Virus record (IMG/VR): IMGVR_UViG_3300028584_001240
Source: a virus
Taxonomy: Duplodnaviria; Heunggongvirae; Uroviricota; Caudoviricetes
Strand: one strand, 5' to 3'
DNA length: 64,000 bases
The notes under the pieces are model-generated. The model did no database searches and was not told the DNA's origin. It saw only the letters and a program-made list of their open reading frames with translations. The translations under genes were made by a program, and so were the position numbers. Each line of letters opens with the position of its first letter. Position 1 is the stretch's first letter. Positions 1-8,627 of this stretch are shown one piece after another.

Positions 1-484
1 CATTTTTTCTCAAAATAATTTCGTTAATAATCTCATGATCACTGGTTTGCATATTCATCAAAACAGCACATTGTTGAATAACAGTATCAATTCTTGCAAT
101 AACATCTTCCTTTGAAACCTTACCCTTGTAAGAGCTGGTGGCAACCCCTGAATATTTTTGAATCGCTTCTGCGAAACGACCAACATAACCAGTCAAAGTA
201 ATGAATCCCATATGAATTTTTTCGATTTGATATGAACGCTTTTCACTAAAAGCATTAGCAATGATTGTATTTAAGATGTCAAAATCATCTGATAGATCAA
301 GATGAATAGACACGGCAACCAGTAAGGTGTCAATGGTTTCTTCAAGCATTTCTGAGCGGTCGTTAAGCACAATGGCTTCACCCAGTTCGCCCTGCTCTTC
401 TGTCAGTTTAGTATTTCGTTGAAACAACGTCTTTTTATCAAAAATCATTGAGTTTTTAACTAGCTTTTGTTGTAGATCAATCAT
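1..484 (-). CDS. MazG-like all-alpha NTP pyrophosphohydrolase (3' end beyond window edge)
   Basis: Open frame from ATG 484 to position 1; absent from the ORF track because there is no stop in the window. My translation is MIDLQQKLV..LTEEQGELGEAIVL..EMLEETIDTLLVAV. It shows the EExxE..ExxD helical acidic pattern of MazG-type enzymes. GAGG lies 7 nt upstream. Confidence 0.55.
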   Translation of the reverse strand, partial: MIDLQQKLVKNSMIFDKKTLFQRNTKLTEEQGELGEAIVLNDRSEMLEETIDTLLVAVSIHLDLSDDFDILNTIIANAFSEKRSYQIEKIHMGFITLTGYVGRFAEAIQKYSGVATSSYKGKVSKEDVIARIDTVIQQCAVLMNMQTSDHEIINEIILRKN

Positions 485-575
485 TATAATTCCTCTAAGT
501 TTGTCAATAATACTATATAAAAGCAGTATAGCAGACACCTATTTTTTTTTCAATTGTTTCCTTTGTCTAATTATC

Positions 576-866
576 TTAATGTAGACAAACAACACCTTCA
601 ATATGGCAATCACAGGTGCAAATTTCAATTTCTTTGCCATCAACAACCATTTTGTATTCAAAATAAAAGACAAGTGGTGGCATTTTCTTTAAAAATTGAA
701 AACGTCCTCTTTTCTGAGGTTGGTAAGATTTCTGCACACTAATAATAGGAACATCGTCATTGGCTTTATAACGCTTTTTATACGATTGTTGAAGTTTACC
801 TTCATCCAGTGTTCTATCCGGCTTTAAATACTGGTCGTAACAAAGCCTACAACATGCTGCTACCAT
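576..866 (-). CDS. Small Cys/His-rich protein, tandem paralogue 1 of 4 (unknown function)
   Basis: 96 aa. N-terminal MVAACCRLCY, C-terminal ..ICTCDCHIEGVVCLH. GGAG lies upstream of the ATG. Shares the CC..CxCxCH..xH-COOH pattern with the next three genes. Confidence 0.75.
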   Translation of the reverse strand: MVAACCRLCYDQYLKPDRTLDEGKLQQSYKKRYKANDDVPIISVQKSYQPQKRGRFQFLKKMPPLVFYFEYKMVVDGKEIEICTCDCHIEGVVCLH

Positions 867-878
867 AATATTCTCCTA

Positions 879-1121
879 TTAATGCATACAATTAATGCCT
901 TCGACATGACAAGGACATGTGCAAAGGGATTGTTCTTTTTTACCATTGATAATATAAGTTCTTTCCAGTAACGGGAGATTGTCCCGAGTAAATGGATTCG
1001 TTTCTTGTCTAACTTCAATAACAGAACCTTTACCAAAAGCAGACTCAACAAATTGCTGACTAATCTCGCCATCGGCTTTAATATATTTTTTATAACAGTG
1101 GTCACAGCATGGCATTACCAT
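879..1121 (-). CDS. Small Cys/His-rich protein, tandem paralogue 2 of 4
   Basis: 80 aa. MVMPCCDHCY.. and ..LCTCPCHVEGINCMH. GGAG lies 9 nt upstream. Confidence 0.8.
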   Translation of the reverse strand: MVMPCCDHCYKKYIKADGEISQQFVESAFGKGSVIEVRQETNPFTRDNLPLLERTYIINGKKEQSLCTCPCHVEGINCMH

Positions 1122-1143
1122 AATTTATTACTCCTAATTCTAT

Positions 1144-1395
1144 TTAATGCATAACACATAAGTTTGGGTCGTTCAGATGACAATCACAATCACATAACTT
1201 CGTTTCTTTACCATCATGAAGAACATACAAAACTTCCTGATCGGGAAGTTGTCGTCTGATTGAGCTAAATGGATGGGGTTCTTTTCGATATACAGTGGTT
1301 GCTTCCGAGCCAAAGTTCTTGGTTAGAAAAGACTTATTAACACTTTTATCCATTTCAATGTATCTGACTTCACTATATTGACAACATGCAAACAT
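1144..1395 (-). CDS. Small Cys/His-rich protein, tandem paralogue 3 of 4
   Basis: The track ORF runs to 1449, but the internal ATG at 1395 (MFACCQYSE..) aligns with the paralogue N-termini and has GGAG at 1403-1406. Ends ..LCDCDCHLNDPNLCVMH. Confidence 0.75.
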   Translation of the reverse strand: MFACCQYSEVRYIEMDKSVNKSFLTKNFGSEATTVYRKEPHPFSSIRRQLPDQEVLYVLHDGKETKLCDCDCHLNDPNLCVMH

Positions 1396-1409
1396 GATAA
1401 TTCTCCAAT

Positions 1410-1664
1410 TTAATGCAAAACGTACAGTCCCATACCTTGAACATGGCATTCACAGGTACACAGTTTAATTTCTTCTTGCCCTTTAATCACATAGGTCACT
1501 TTAACATCTTTTAGTTTTCTTTCTGGTGTATTGTAGGGATTAGCTTCAATCCTGTGTTCAAAAGTGGCATTATCACCAAAATTTTCAACAAGAAACTCTT
1601 TTTTAATGCCACGATCTCCCATGATGTATGGGACATGTGCGTGTTTACAGCAAGCTTCACTCAT
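1410..1664 (-). CDS. Small Cys/His-rich protein, tandem paralogue 4 of 4
   Basis: 84 aa. MSEACCKHAH.. and ..LCTCECHVQGMGLYVLH. AAGGTG SD. Starts 3 nt after the stop of the upstream oxygenase gene. Confidence 0.8.
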   Translation of the reverse strand: MSEACCKHAHVPYIMGDRGIKKEFLVENFGDNATFEHRIEANPYNTPERKLKDVKVTYVIKGQEEIKLCTCECHVQGMGLYVLH

Positions 1665-1666
1665 AA

Positions 1667-2044
1667 TTATTTCACCTTATCTTTTAATAAAAATCCAAAA
1701 CTTAATACATACCTTGAACCACCTACAACTTTTGTCACTGAGTGTTTTGAGATGTCGGGTCTAAAAAACTTAATTCTAGGCCAATTAATGATACTGTTAT
1801 CAGCCACGAATTCACCACCAGAACGCGATTTTTTCAAAATAATATTTAAACGGTAATGTCTAAACCCTTCATCCACTTTGTCAACATGCTCAGGGATTTG
1901 AGATCCTTCTGGAAATTTAAGTAAATAGAGATCAAAAGGAATCGGCCACATAGATTCAAGCAAAGAAATCTTACTGTAACCAGAAGACTGCCGACCTTGT
2001 TTCCATGTAAACCTATCCGATAACTTCATTTTTAAAATCGCCAT
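1667..2044 (-). CDS. 2OG-Fe(II) oxygenase superfamily-like protein
   Basis: 125 aa. HxD (IPEHVDK), a distal His (SKHSV) and an RxS-type motif (GSRYVLSFG) are in the order and spacing typical of the double-stranded beta-helix 2OG oxygenases. Confidence 0.6.
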   Translation of the reverse strand: MAILKMKLSDRFTWKQGRQSSGYSKISLLESMWPIPFDLYLLKFPEGSQIPEHVDKVDEGFRHYRLNIILKKSRSGGEFVADNSIINWPRIKFFRPDISKHSVTKVVGGSRYVLSFGFLLKDKVK

Positions 2045-2121
2045 AGTAAGAATCCATTTAAAAGTTAGGTCATATTATACATCAAAACAATACTCACTGT
2101 CAATTTAACAATTAATTAAAT

Positions 2122-2148
2122 AAAAAACCCGCACTAGGCGGGCTTTTT
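2122..2148. terminator. Rho-independent terminator after tyrS (bidirectional shape)
   Basis: aaaaaaCCCGCactagGCGGGcttttt. Stem 2128-2132/2138-2142, flanked by an A-run and a T-run. The tyrS stop codon lies in the loop. Confidence 0.85.
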
Positions 2149-3393
2149 AATGAGTCGAAACTCTCGTTTACCACGTTGAAAGACAGCGAATTTACCAAAC
2201 TTGAAATCCGTAATTTCAAGAGCGTTCATATCATCCTCGCTGACTACCAACTTGTTACCGTTTACTTGAACCGCACCACTATGGATAAACTCTCGGCCTT
2301 GTCGTTTAGACTTAGCCAAACCAGTAGCGACCATCAAGTCAAGCACATTCAATGTTTCAGGAACAACAGCGACCATACCGTTCTTTTCAAGGTTGACAAA
2401 ATCATCTTCTTGCAAGCTATCAAAGTTGTTATCAAACAAAGCTTTGATGTTACGCAATACCGAATCAAGTGCTGCTTGACCATGAACAATAGCAGTTAAT
2501 TCCTCTGCCAAAAGCTGTTGAGCCATCGGTTTAGTGCGTTCTTTATCAGCTTCAAGGATAGCGTCAATTTCTTCAATAGACTTAAAGGACAGCATTTTGA
2601 AGAACTTCGGAATATCCGCATCGGCTACTTTCAACCAAAACTGGAAGAAATCAAAAGGGCTGGTCATTTCTGAAGATAACCAAACCGCACCGCTTTCACT
2701 TTTACCAAACTTCGTGCCATCCGCTTTGGTCAGCAAGGGAATGGTCAACCCAGTGGCTACGACATCATTACCTTCTTTACGATGGATAAGGTCAATACCA
2801 GCAGTGATGTTACCCCACTGATCGCTACCACCCAATTGAAGACGGCAATTTTTCTCTTTCATCAAGTGATGGAAGTCCATTGACTGCAGGAGCTGGTATG
2901 AGAACTCAGTAAAAGAAATACCTTGATCATCACGATCCAAGCGGCTACGTACCGAATCTTTACTCATCATAGCATTCACAGAGAAATGCTTACCCACATC
3001 ACGAAGGAAATCAATAACTGAAAGGTTAACAGTCCAATCATGGTTATCAACAAGTTCTACATCACCCAGAATATGTTTGATTTGACCAGCAATACCTGCT
3101 TTGAAACGATTAACGGTTTCCGCGTCATTCAAAGTACGTTCTTGTGCTTTAAAGCTAGGGTCACCAATCATGCCGGTAGCACCACCAATCAATGGGAACA
3201 CAGTATGGCCCGCTTTCTTAAAGCGAAGCATAGTAATCAATGGCAAAAGACTACCCACATGCAAAGACTCTGCTGTTGGGTCAAACCCGCAGTATAGGGA
3301 CAAGCCATTATCCATAAGGTCTGAAATTTTGCTTTCGTCTGTCATCTGAGAAACGAGGCCACGTTGTTTGAGTTCTTGAATAAATGCGTTCAT
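2134..3393 (-). CDS. tyrS: Tyrosyl-tRNA synthetase
   Basis: Class I aaRS. HIGH-type motif (ESLHVGSL), KMSKS-type KFGKSESG, GGATGMIGDPS, and a C-terminal S4-like domain. Start moved from the track's GTG at 3408 to ATG 3393, which has GGAG 9 nt upstream. Confidence 0.95.
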   Translation of the reverse strand: MNAFIQELKQRGLVSQMTDESKISDLMDNGLSLYCGFDPTAESLHVGSLLPLITMLRFKKAGHTVFPLIGGATGMIGDPSFKAQERTLNDAETVNRFKAGIAGQIKHILGDVELVDNHDWTVNLSVIDFLRDVGKHFSVNAMMSKDSVRSRLDRDDQGISFTEFSYQLLQSMDFHHLMKEKNCRLQLGGSDQWGNITAGIDLIHRKEGNDVVATGLTIPLLTKADGTKFGKSESGAVWLSSEMTSPFDFFQFWLKVADADIPKFFKMLSFKSIEEIDAILEADKERTKPMAQQLLAEELTAIVHGQAALDSVLRNIKALFDNNFDSLQEDDFVNLEKNGMVAVVPETLNVLDLMVATGLAKSKRQGREFIHSGAVQVNGNKLVVSEDDMNALEITDFKFGKFAVFQRGKREFRLIKKPA

Positions 3394-3581
3394 AATATTT
3401 TTCTCCACGAAAATTTAATTGTGTTTGTGTATAGCTGATTTTTTAGTTAAATAGATAATGCCTCTAAAAGAAGCATAGAGCGGAGAAGTTCAATATCGAA
3501 CGGTGAAAGACTTTTGAAAGTGAAATGTTTTTGAAGCGTTCATGATGTAGTTCCTTTGATTGCGTTTCGTTTAATATGGCT

Positions 3582-3610
3582 ATTCTATCAAAAAAACAAA
3601 AAGAAAGCAA
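3582..3610 (-). promoter_or_regulatory. Putative sigma70-type promoter of tyrS (long ~190-nt leader)
   Basis: On the minus strand: TTGCTT, 17 nt, then TAGAAT with TG at the extended -10 position (tTGaTAGAAT). Confidence 0.45.
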
Positions 3611-3621
3611 GAAAATATTGC

Positions 3622-4215
3622 TTAATTATGTGATGGTTTCCATTGTTTCACTGGTTTTACTATGTCGGATTTAAAAATATCGTTACTACCTATTGTATAA
3701 TTGCTCATAATATCAAGCTTGAACAAATGACTATTATTTTTCAAAGTCTCGGAAGCAATTACATTGTAGACGGTCTTTTGATTTACAAATTCATTCTGGC
3801 TGATTTTATTCTTTTCGATGTTCTTTAATGTATCATTAGAAAGATAACTGCCAATTTCTTTCATGGATGAATGGAACTCATCAACGGTCTTGTTTTTACG
3901 ATGAGATAACATAGATTCTATCTGGTTGTCTGAAATCGCCAGATTGCTTGTATCAAGGGTTGGAAGGTCATTTTTCCACTCTGTTTCTATTTGTTTAATC
4001 TTTGGATAGAGATCAATAAAATCACGTCTTAAAACGACCACCTGTAAATCATTGTAATAGTTTTGAAAATAATTTTTAATATGATCACTTTTCGAATGTT
4101 GCATCAATTCATTGATAGTAAAAACTTGTTTCAATACGGCCAAATCATCCAAACCTTTCTGGTTAAGTGCGTTTAATTCTTTATCTTCTATGACATCAAG
4201 CATAACAACTACCAT
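3622..4215 (-). CDS. Hypothetical protein
   Basis: Long ORF with no motif I recognise. Start is uncertain (ATG 4215 or 4203). The track's 4251 start lies upstream of a likely extended -10 (TGtTAAACT) and inside the terminator tail. Confidence 0.55.
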   Translation of the reverse strand: MVVVMLDVIEDKELNALNQKGLDDLAVLKQVFTINELMQHSKSDHIKNYFQNYYNDLQVVVLRRDFIDLYPKIKQIETEWKNDLPTLDTSNLAISDNQIESMLSHRKNKTVDEFHSSMKEIGSYLSNDTLKNIEKNKISQNEFVNQKTVYNVIASETLKNNSHLFKLDIMSNYTIGSNDIFKSDIVKPVKQWKPSHN

Positions 4216-4250
4216 TTGTTTATTAATACAGTTTAACACAAAAATACACA

Positions 4251-4276
4251 AAAAAAAAGAGACATCGAAGTCTCTT
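4251..4276 (-). terminator. Rho-independent terminator after the Nudix gene
   Basis: Minus strand: aaGAGACttcgatGTCTCtttttttttt. Confidence 0.8.
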
Positions 4277-4298
4277 AACTTTTTAAACAGTCTTAGAA

Positions 4299-4694
4299 TT
4301 ATTGAGTAAGTGCTAATTCTACTATTTTGTAAAGGTTATCTACGCCACATTTTTCCAACATATCGATATCCACATTAAAAATATCAACCACTTCTTTTTC
4401 TACAGTTTTTGCCTGATAAATTAAGTCATCAAACATACTGAATACAAAGACTTTAAACACATCGCTTTCAATTGCACCCAAACCTGACCAGTGGTTGGCC
4501 GTTGTATCAACACCGGTTTCTTCTTTAAATTCACGAATCATGGCTTGAAGTGGTGTCTCATCCATTTCAATTTTTCCACCGGGGCCATTTAACAAACCAC
4601 GTTGCCATTCTGGGGTTAATTTGCGTATGAGCAATATTTTACGTTTGTCAGCACTGAAAGCTACGGCGAGAACATATTCTTTTTTATCTGTCAT
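4299..4694 (-). CDS. Nudix hydrolase
   Basis: Nudix box GX5EX7REUXEEXGU is readable as GGKIEMDETPLQAMIREFKEETGV. Confidence 0.88.
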   Translation of the reverse strand: MTDKKEYVLAVAFSADKRKILLIRKLTPEWQRGLLNGPGGKIEMDETPLQAMIREFKEETGVDTTANHWSGLGAIESDVFKVFVFSMFDDLIYQAKTVEKEVVDIFNVDIDMLEKCGVDNLYKIVELALTQ

Positions 4695-4808
4695 AATAAT
4701 ACCCTTTTAGTTAAGTAATCTTTAAGAATACATCAAAAAATAAAAATTGAAAGAGTCGTTAAAAACATTTAAATTTAAATATATTATGATATAATAAGAA
4801 TAACAACT

Positions 4809-5885
4809 ATGTATTTTAATATGTATTTAAAAAGAGAATATATTGACGAAGCTGTCAAAAAAGATTTTTCAGAAAACCATCATGCAGAGTTCGCATGGGC
4901 GTATTACCAGAAAACTAAAGATGTTGAAAGTGTAGAACTCGCTATGGTGACCTTTGAACGTGATGAAAAAACACATAAGAGAGCTATTATCAAACAAAAG
5001 TATCTTTCAGATATTAACCAAAACAAATTGGGCGACAAATTTATTGACATTGGTGGAAATAAACCAAGATTAAGCAGCTCTTATTTAATCAATCCTAATT
5101 ATGACTACAAAGAAAATGAAATTACCAATATAGAATTAAAAACACTCAGCGAAGTTGAATTTAAAGAAATGTTTGGAACACTCAATACCATTAAATTAGA
5201 AGAAGCCAATGGATTGATGCAGAATTTTTGTAATCTAAAAGATCAAGGTGTTATCTATTCAAAAGAAGGTGAAGAATTCAGTTACAAAATTATTGAAAAC
5301 AGTGATATGACATTGGGTTCTTTATTGTTATTAGATGAATTGAGAGTATATAAGGACAATGTTCAAATAGGTTTTTTAAAGACTAAATACACTAATGATT
5401 CGATCATCAAAGAATTATTAGGACAAGATTATCAAGTACAAATCAATGACAATATGAGTGCTGATGAAAAGAAGGCATATTTAAAAGAAAAAGAAGTTGT
5501 ATTTACTGAAACTAATTATGACATCATCTTTAACATAAAAAAGAATGAATTAAAAGACCAGCTTAAGAAAATTCAAAGAGAATTGAAAATGTTTAATGAT
5601 GTTGCCACGATAGATTATTCAAAAATTAGTGATGAATTTAAGGGCAAAGGATTAGGCACACAAATATATTTAAAGATGGCTGAACATTACGATAATAAAA
5701 ATATTGTATTCAGAAGCTCTTCATTACAGTCTCCAAGTGCAAAAGGGTTATGGGAAAAGATGAAAAAAGAATATCCATCACAAATAGAAGAAATAAATAT
5801 AGCCGATCAAAACTATTACAAATTAAAAGGCAGCGGTCAGAAAGATAAAGTAACCCATAAAAGAAGAAACAAAAAGACTCTATGA
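4809..5885 (+). CDS. Hypothetical protein with possible C-terminal GNAT-like motif
   Basis: 358 aa. The C-terminal FKGKGLGTQIYLKMAEH resembles acetyltransferase motif A (Q/RxxGxG/A). The rest is unassigned. An extended -10 TGaTATAAT lies at 4787-4795. Confidence 0.6.
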   Translation: MYFNMYLKREYIDEAVKKDFSENHHAEFAWAYYQKTKDVESVELAMVTFERDEKTHKRAIIKQKYLSDINQNKLGDKFIDIGGNKPRLSSSYLINPNYDYKENEITNIELKTLSEVEFKEMFGTLNTIKLEEANGLMQNFCNLKDQGVIYSKEGEEFSYKIIENSDMTLGSLLLLDELRVYKDNVQIGFLKTKYTNDSIIKELLGQDYQVQINDNMSADEKKAYLKEKEVVFTETNYDIIFNIKKNELKDQLKKIQRELKMFNDVATIDYSKISDEFKGKGLGTQIYLKMAEHYDNKNIVFRSSSLQSPSAKGLWEKMKKEYPSQIEEINIADQNYYKLKGSGQKDKVTHKRRNKKTL

Positions 5886-5899
5886 AGAGTCTTTTTTTT
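5871..5899. terminator. Bidirectional terminator between convergent genes
   Basis: aaaaAGACTCtatgaaGAGTCTttttttt. Both stop codons lie in or next to the hairpin. Confidence 0.8.
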
Positions 5900-7802
5900 A
5901 ACGATTAAATAATTTTGTTGCAATGTTTTTTAATAAGCTTTGTTTTTTAGAATCAGTATTAGCATCAATTTTTTCCTTTAACTCTTCTTTTAACGCCGGA
6001 TAACTTTTTAAATCATGTTTAATAATCTCTAATTGTAATATTTTAAACTCATCGTCATCATAAAGTTGATTATCATTTTTTAAGTGAGCGGCACTGTGAG
6101 AGCCGTCTTTATATAAGGTAATGCCAATAAGAGAATGATTATCAGCAGGCTCTTTGTTGAGATCATAAATGAAATATTGCTGACAGTCTTCTTTATAACT
6201 TTTAAAATGAACCTCATCTCGAACGATACACCAAGAAGTGCTACCAACCGCTGAGCTTTGTTGAAAGTTCTCTATTTTTAAAATAATCAGATTGTTATCA
6301 TTTTTAATCACTTCTGCATTAACAGACTTTGCTTTGTTAATAATGGCTTCTGTGTTAAATCCACTATTAATAGAATAAAGTTGTTTCAATGCTTTATTAA
6401 AGTCTTTACTGTTTTTGAAGGATGCTAGTTTTTTACCCAAGCTATCTTGTAATTCACTAGGTGGTATGTTTAAATCGTAGAGAAGTTCTAACGTCTTAAA
6501 AGCTTCTTCATCATAGAGATGTTGATACTTTTTACTGGATATACTGAGTCCGTATTGCTCTATTTTATGCTTACGAACAAAGGCATTCATTGAATCGTCT
6601 AACATTTCAAATAATGACTCATCTATTTCTTCAAGTAGATTATAGTCTTTTGATTTTAATATGGCTTCGTGTTCAAGATAGGTATCAGCAGCAATAAAAG
6701 CACGCTCACAATCATTGAAGTCTTCTTTTAACTTATTTACAAACATTTTAGCAATAGTAGGACTTTTTTTCAATCTATTAAACAATTCTTTTTGTATCAG
6801 CTTTTCAATTAGTGTATCTTTCAATTCTTTTGAATGAAGATCAACCCATTCACCTGTATTTTTTTTGATAGCTATACTGTTGTCATCAAAAATATTAATT
6901 TGACTGATATGTGAAGTTTTGTCATCAATTTTAATATCAACACGAATACGATTAACCGAATTCAAATCAGTATCAGCACGTTCCAATAACAGCAATTCAA
7001 CATTACTAGCGTTTTTAATAAAATTAACAAACTTATGGGCATAAGAATAAGTGAAATCAGCATTGTTTTTCATCAATTTATCAACAATGTCTTGTCGTAT
7101 TTTTTTGTATTCATTAATATGTTCGAAAATGTTGCTCTGCTTTATTAGATTATTCAAAAGGTTTTCTTGATTATAAAATTTTTCAAAAAATGAAAGGTTT
7201 CTCTTTAAATTGAAACAACTTTCTATGTAGGTTGATTTTTCTAAATCAGTTGGATTTCTTGATTTGAATATGTTTAAATCATAATCAACTTCTCTTAAAC
7301 TAATATCTATTTTCTCGATTTGACTTAAAATAGGTGTAATAACATCATCTGCTTTAATAGCGGCGAGTAGATCTTTAACTTTAAGATTTTGAGATGAAAG
7401 ATCGACACCTTCTAATTTAGCAATAGCTTCCCAACCTTTAAAATTAATCAATAAGTCATCATGGATAGACGAATGTGTTATTCTATGCAATGTTCTCATA
7501 ATTTCTCGAACAGAATATCTATATAAACTAGAACTAACCTGTTCAATATCATTAAAATCAGTATCAGTATGTAATTTTTTAAAGCCAATCATTTGTTGAG
7601 AGACTATATAATCACTAACACTCTGTTGATTATACAACCTATCAAGTGTAAAAAAATAATTATCAAATCGAGCATTATACTTATGCTCATTTTTACTATT
7701 GTATGTGCTATGAAATTGATTTCTTAATGTAAAATCTTCATAACTATCAAACTGATTGTCGTGGGCCGAACAAACACTTGTTATATCATCTCTTATTAAC
7801 AT
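5898..7802 (-). CDS. Large hypothetical protein, paralogue of 24585..26729 (shared C-terminal ~190-aa domain)
   Basis: C-terminal KHKIEQYGLSISSKKYQHLYD..LIILKIENFQQSSAVGSTSWCIVRD..QQYFIYDLN..SLIGITL aligns by eye with the other gene. Start set to ATG 7802. The track's TTG at 7892 overlaps the upstream gene and a promoter-like site. Confidence 0.75.
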   Translation of the reverse strand: MLIRDDITSVCSAHDNQFDSYEDFTLRNQFHSTYNSKNEHKYNARFDNYFFTLDRLYNQQSVSDYIVSQQMIGFKKLHTDTDFNDIEQVSSSLYRYSVREIMRTLHRITHSSIHDDLLINFKGWEAIAKLEGVDLSSQNLKVKDLLAAIKADDVITPILSQIEKIDISLREVDYDLNIFKSRNPTDLEKSTYIESCFNLKRNLSFFEKFYNQENLLNNLIKQSNIFEHINEYKKIRQDIVDKLMKNNADFTYSYAHKFVNFIKNASNVELLLLERADTDLNSVNRIRVDIKIDDKTSHISQINIFDDNSIAIKKNTGEWVDLHSKELKDTLIEKLIQKELFNRLKKSPTIAKMFVNKLKEDFNDCERAFIAADTYLEHEAILKSKDYNLLEEIDESLFEMLDDSMNAFVRKHKIEQYGLSISSKKYQHLYDEEAFKTLELLYDLNIPPSELQDSLGKKLASFKNSKDFNKALKQLYSINSGFNTEAIINKAKSVNAEVIKNDNNLIILKIENFQQSSAVGSTSWCIVRDEVHFKSYKEDCQQYFIYDLNKEPADNHSLIGITLYKDGSHSAAHLKNDNQLYDDDEFKILQLEIIKHDLKSYPALKEELKEKIDANTDSKKQSLLKNIATKLFNR

Positions 7803-7824
7803 AAATACATCGTGGTTTTTTATT

Positions 7825-7853
7825 ATTATAACATATAATATAAAAAGTCTTAA
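7825..7853 (-). promoter_or_regulatory. Putative promoter for 5898..7802
   Basis: Minus strand: TTAAGA, 17 nt, then TATAAT with TGt (aTGtTATAAT). Confidence 0.4.
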
Positions 7854-7875
7854 TCTATTTTTTACACTGAGTCGA

Positions 7876-8574
7876 TTACATATTTTCTCCAATATTATAC
7901 ATTTTCAACAACAGAAGTTCTCTTTTGGTTAATTTATTAAACTTTTTATCAAACAAAGACAAAGTGTGAGAGCTTAAATACTTTTCCAGCTCAGTTTTAA
8001 AACTCCTACTCAGGATAGAGCTGACATAGCGTTCACCTGTTAACGTTTTGGCATACAGCATCTGGTTATGCTGAAAGCAAACCGTTTCATCTTTTTTCGA
8101 AATAACAAAAGTGCTTTGATACTTGACAAAATGAGAACCAAACCGCAAAGCATTCAAATCTGAAAATTTGAACGATGAAGAATTCAAAACCTCAAAACCT
8201 TTAAAATAATAAGAAGCTCTGTCGAGATATATAAGGTTTTTCAACATCAAGCCTTCAGCACTTGGCGTGATGCCAGATAGCGTAATCTTATTAAGTGTTC
8301 GTCTGTTAATAAATCCAATTGGGATAAAAACGCCTAATTGTCCTCTGTTGTCATTGTAGTAACCAATAAAATATCTACGATCATTAAGTCCAATCAAATA
8401 AATATGACAATTATCTTCATCAAAATAGTATTTTAATTGAGGAAAAGCATATTTATTAACATGATTACCAATATCAAATCCACGAGTAAGATGCAGAAAA
8501 TCGGTGTCAGGTAATTCCGACATATCAGTTAAAAGAAGATCGTGAATCAGCGTTACATCAGGTTGTGTCATCAT
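7876..8574 (-). CDS. Tail-motif paralogue family member (motif plus 5-aa extension)
   Basis: 232 aa. Ends ..LTKRELLLLKMYNIGENM; compare ..NKRELDLIRMSYI and ..TKRERDIIEMMYI. GGAGG SD. Confidence 0.75.
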   Translation of the reverse strand: MMTQPDVTLIHDLLLTDMSELPDTDFLHLTRGFDIGNHVNKYAFPQLKYYFDEDNCHIYLIGLNDRRYFIGYYNDNRGQLGVFIPIGFINRRTLNKITLSGITPSAEGLMLKNLIYLDRASYYFKGFEVLNSSSFKFSDLNALRFGSHFVKYQSTFVISKKDETVCFQHNQMLYAKTLTGERYVSSILSRSFKTELEKYLSSHTLSLFDKKFNKLTKRELLLLKMYNIGENM

Positions 8575-8585
8575 GAACCTCCAGA

Positions 8586-8613
8586 TAAAAAAATATCTCC
8601 GAAGAGATATTTT
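8586..8613 (-). terminator. Rho-independent terminator after the S49 peptidase gene
   Basis: Plus strand reads aaaaaaaATATCTCcgaaGAGATAT; on the minus strand the hairpin is followed by a T-run. Confidence 0.8.
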
Positions 8614-8627
8614 AATTTGAAAACGTA

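Noticed and set aside
3490-3543. 17-codon ORF (MNASKTFHFQKSFTVRY) in the ~190-nt tyrS leader. I considered it as a Tyr-sensing attenuator analogous to the thrS leader, and also looked for a T-box.
   Set aside because: It has only one Tyr codon (the last). I found no convincing terminator/antiterminator pair downstream, only a 5-bp CTCTA/TAGAG hairpin without a T-run. No T-box consensus (AGGGUGGNACCGCG-like) is present. The long leader is real, but I cannot support a mechanism.
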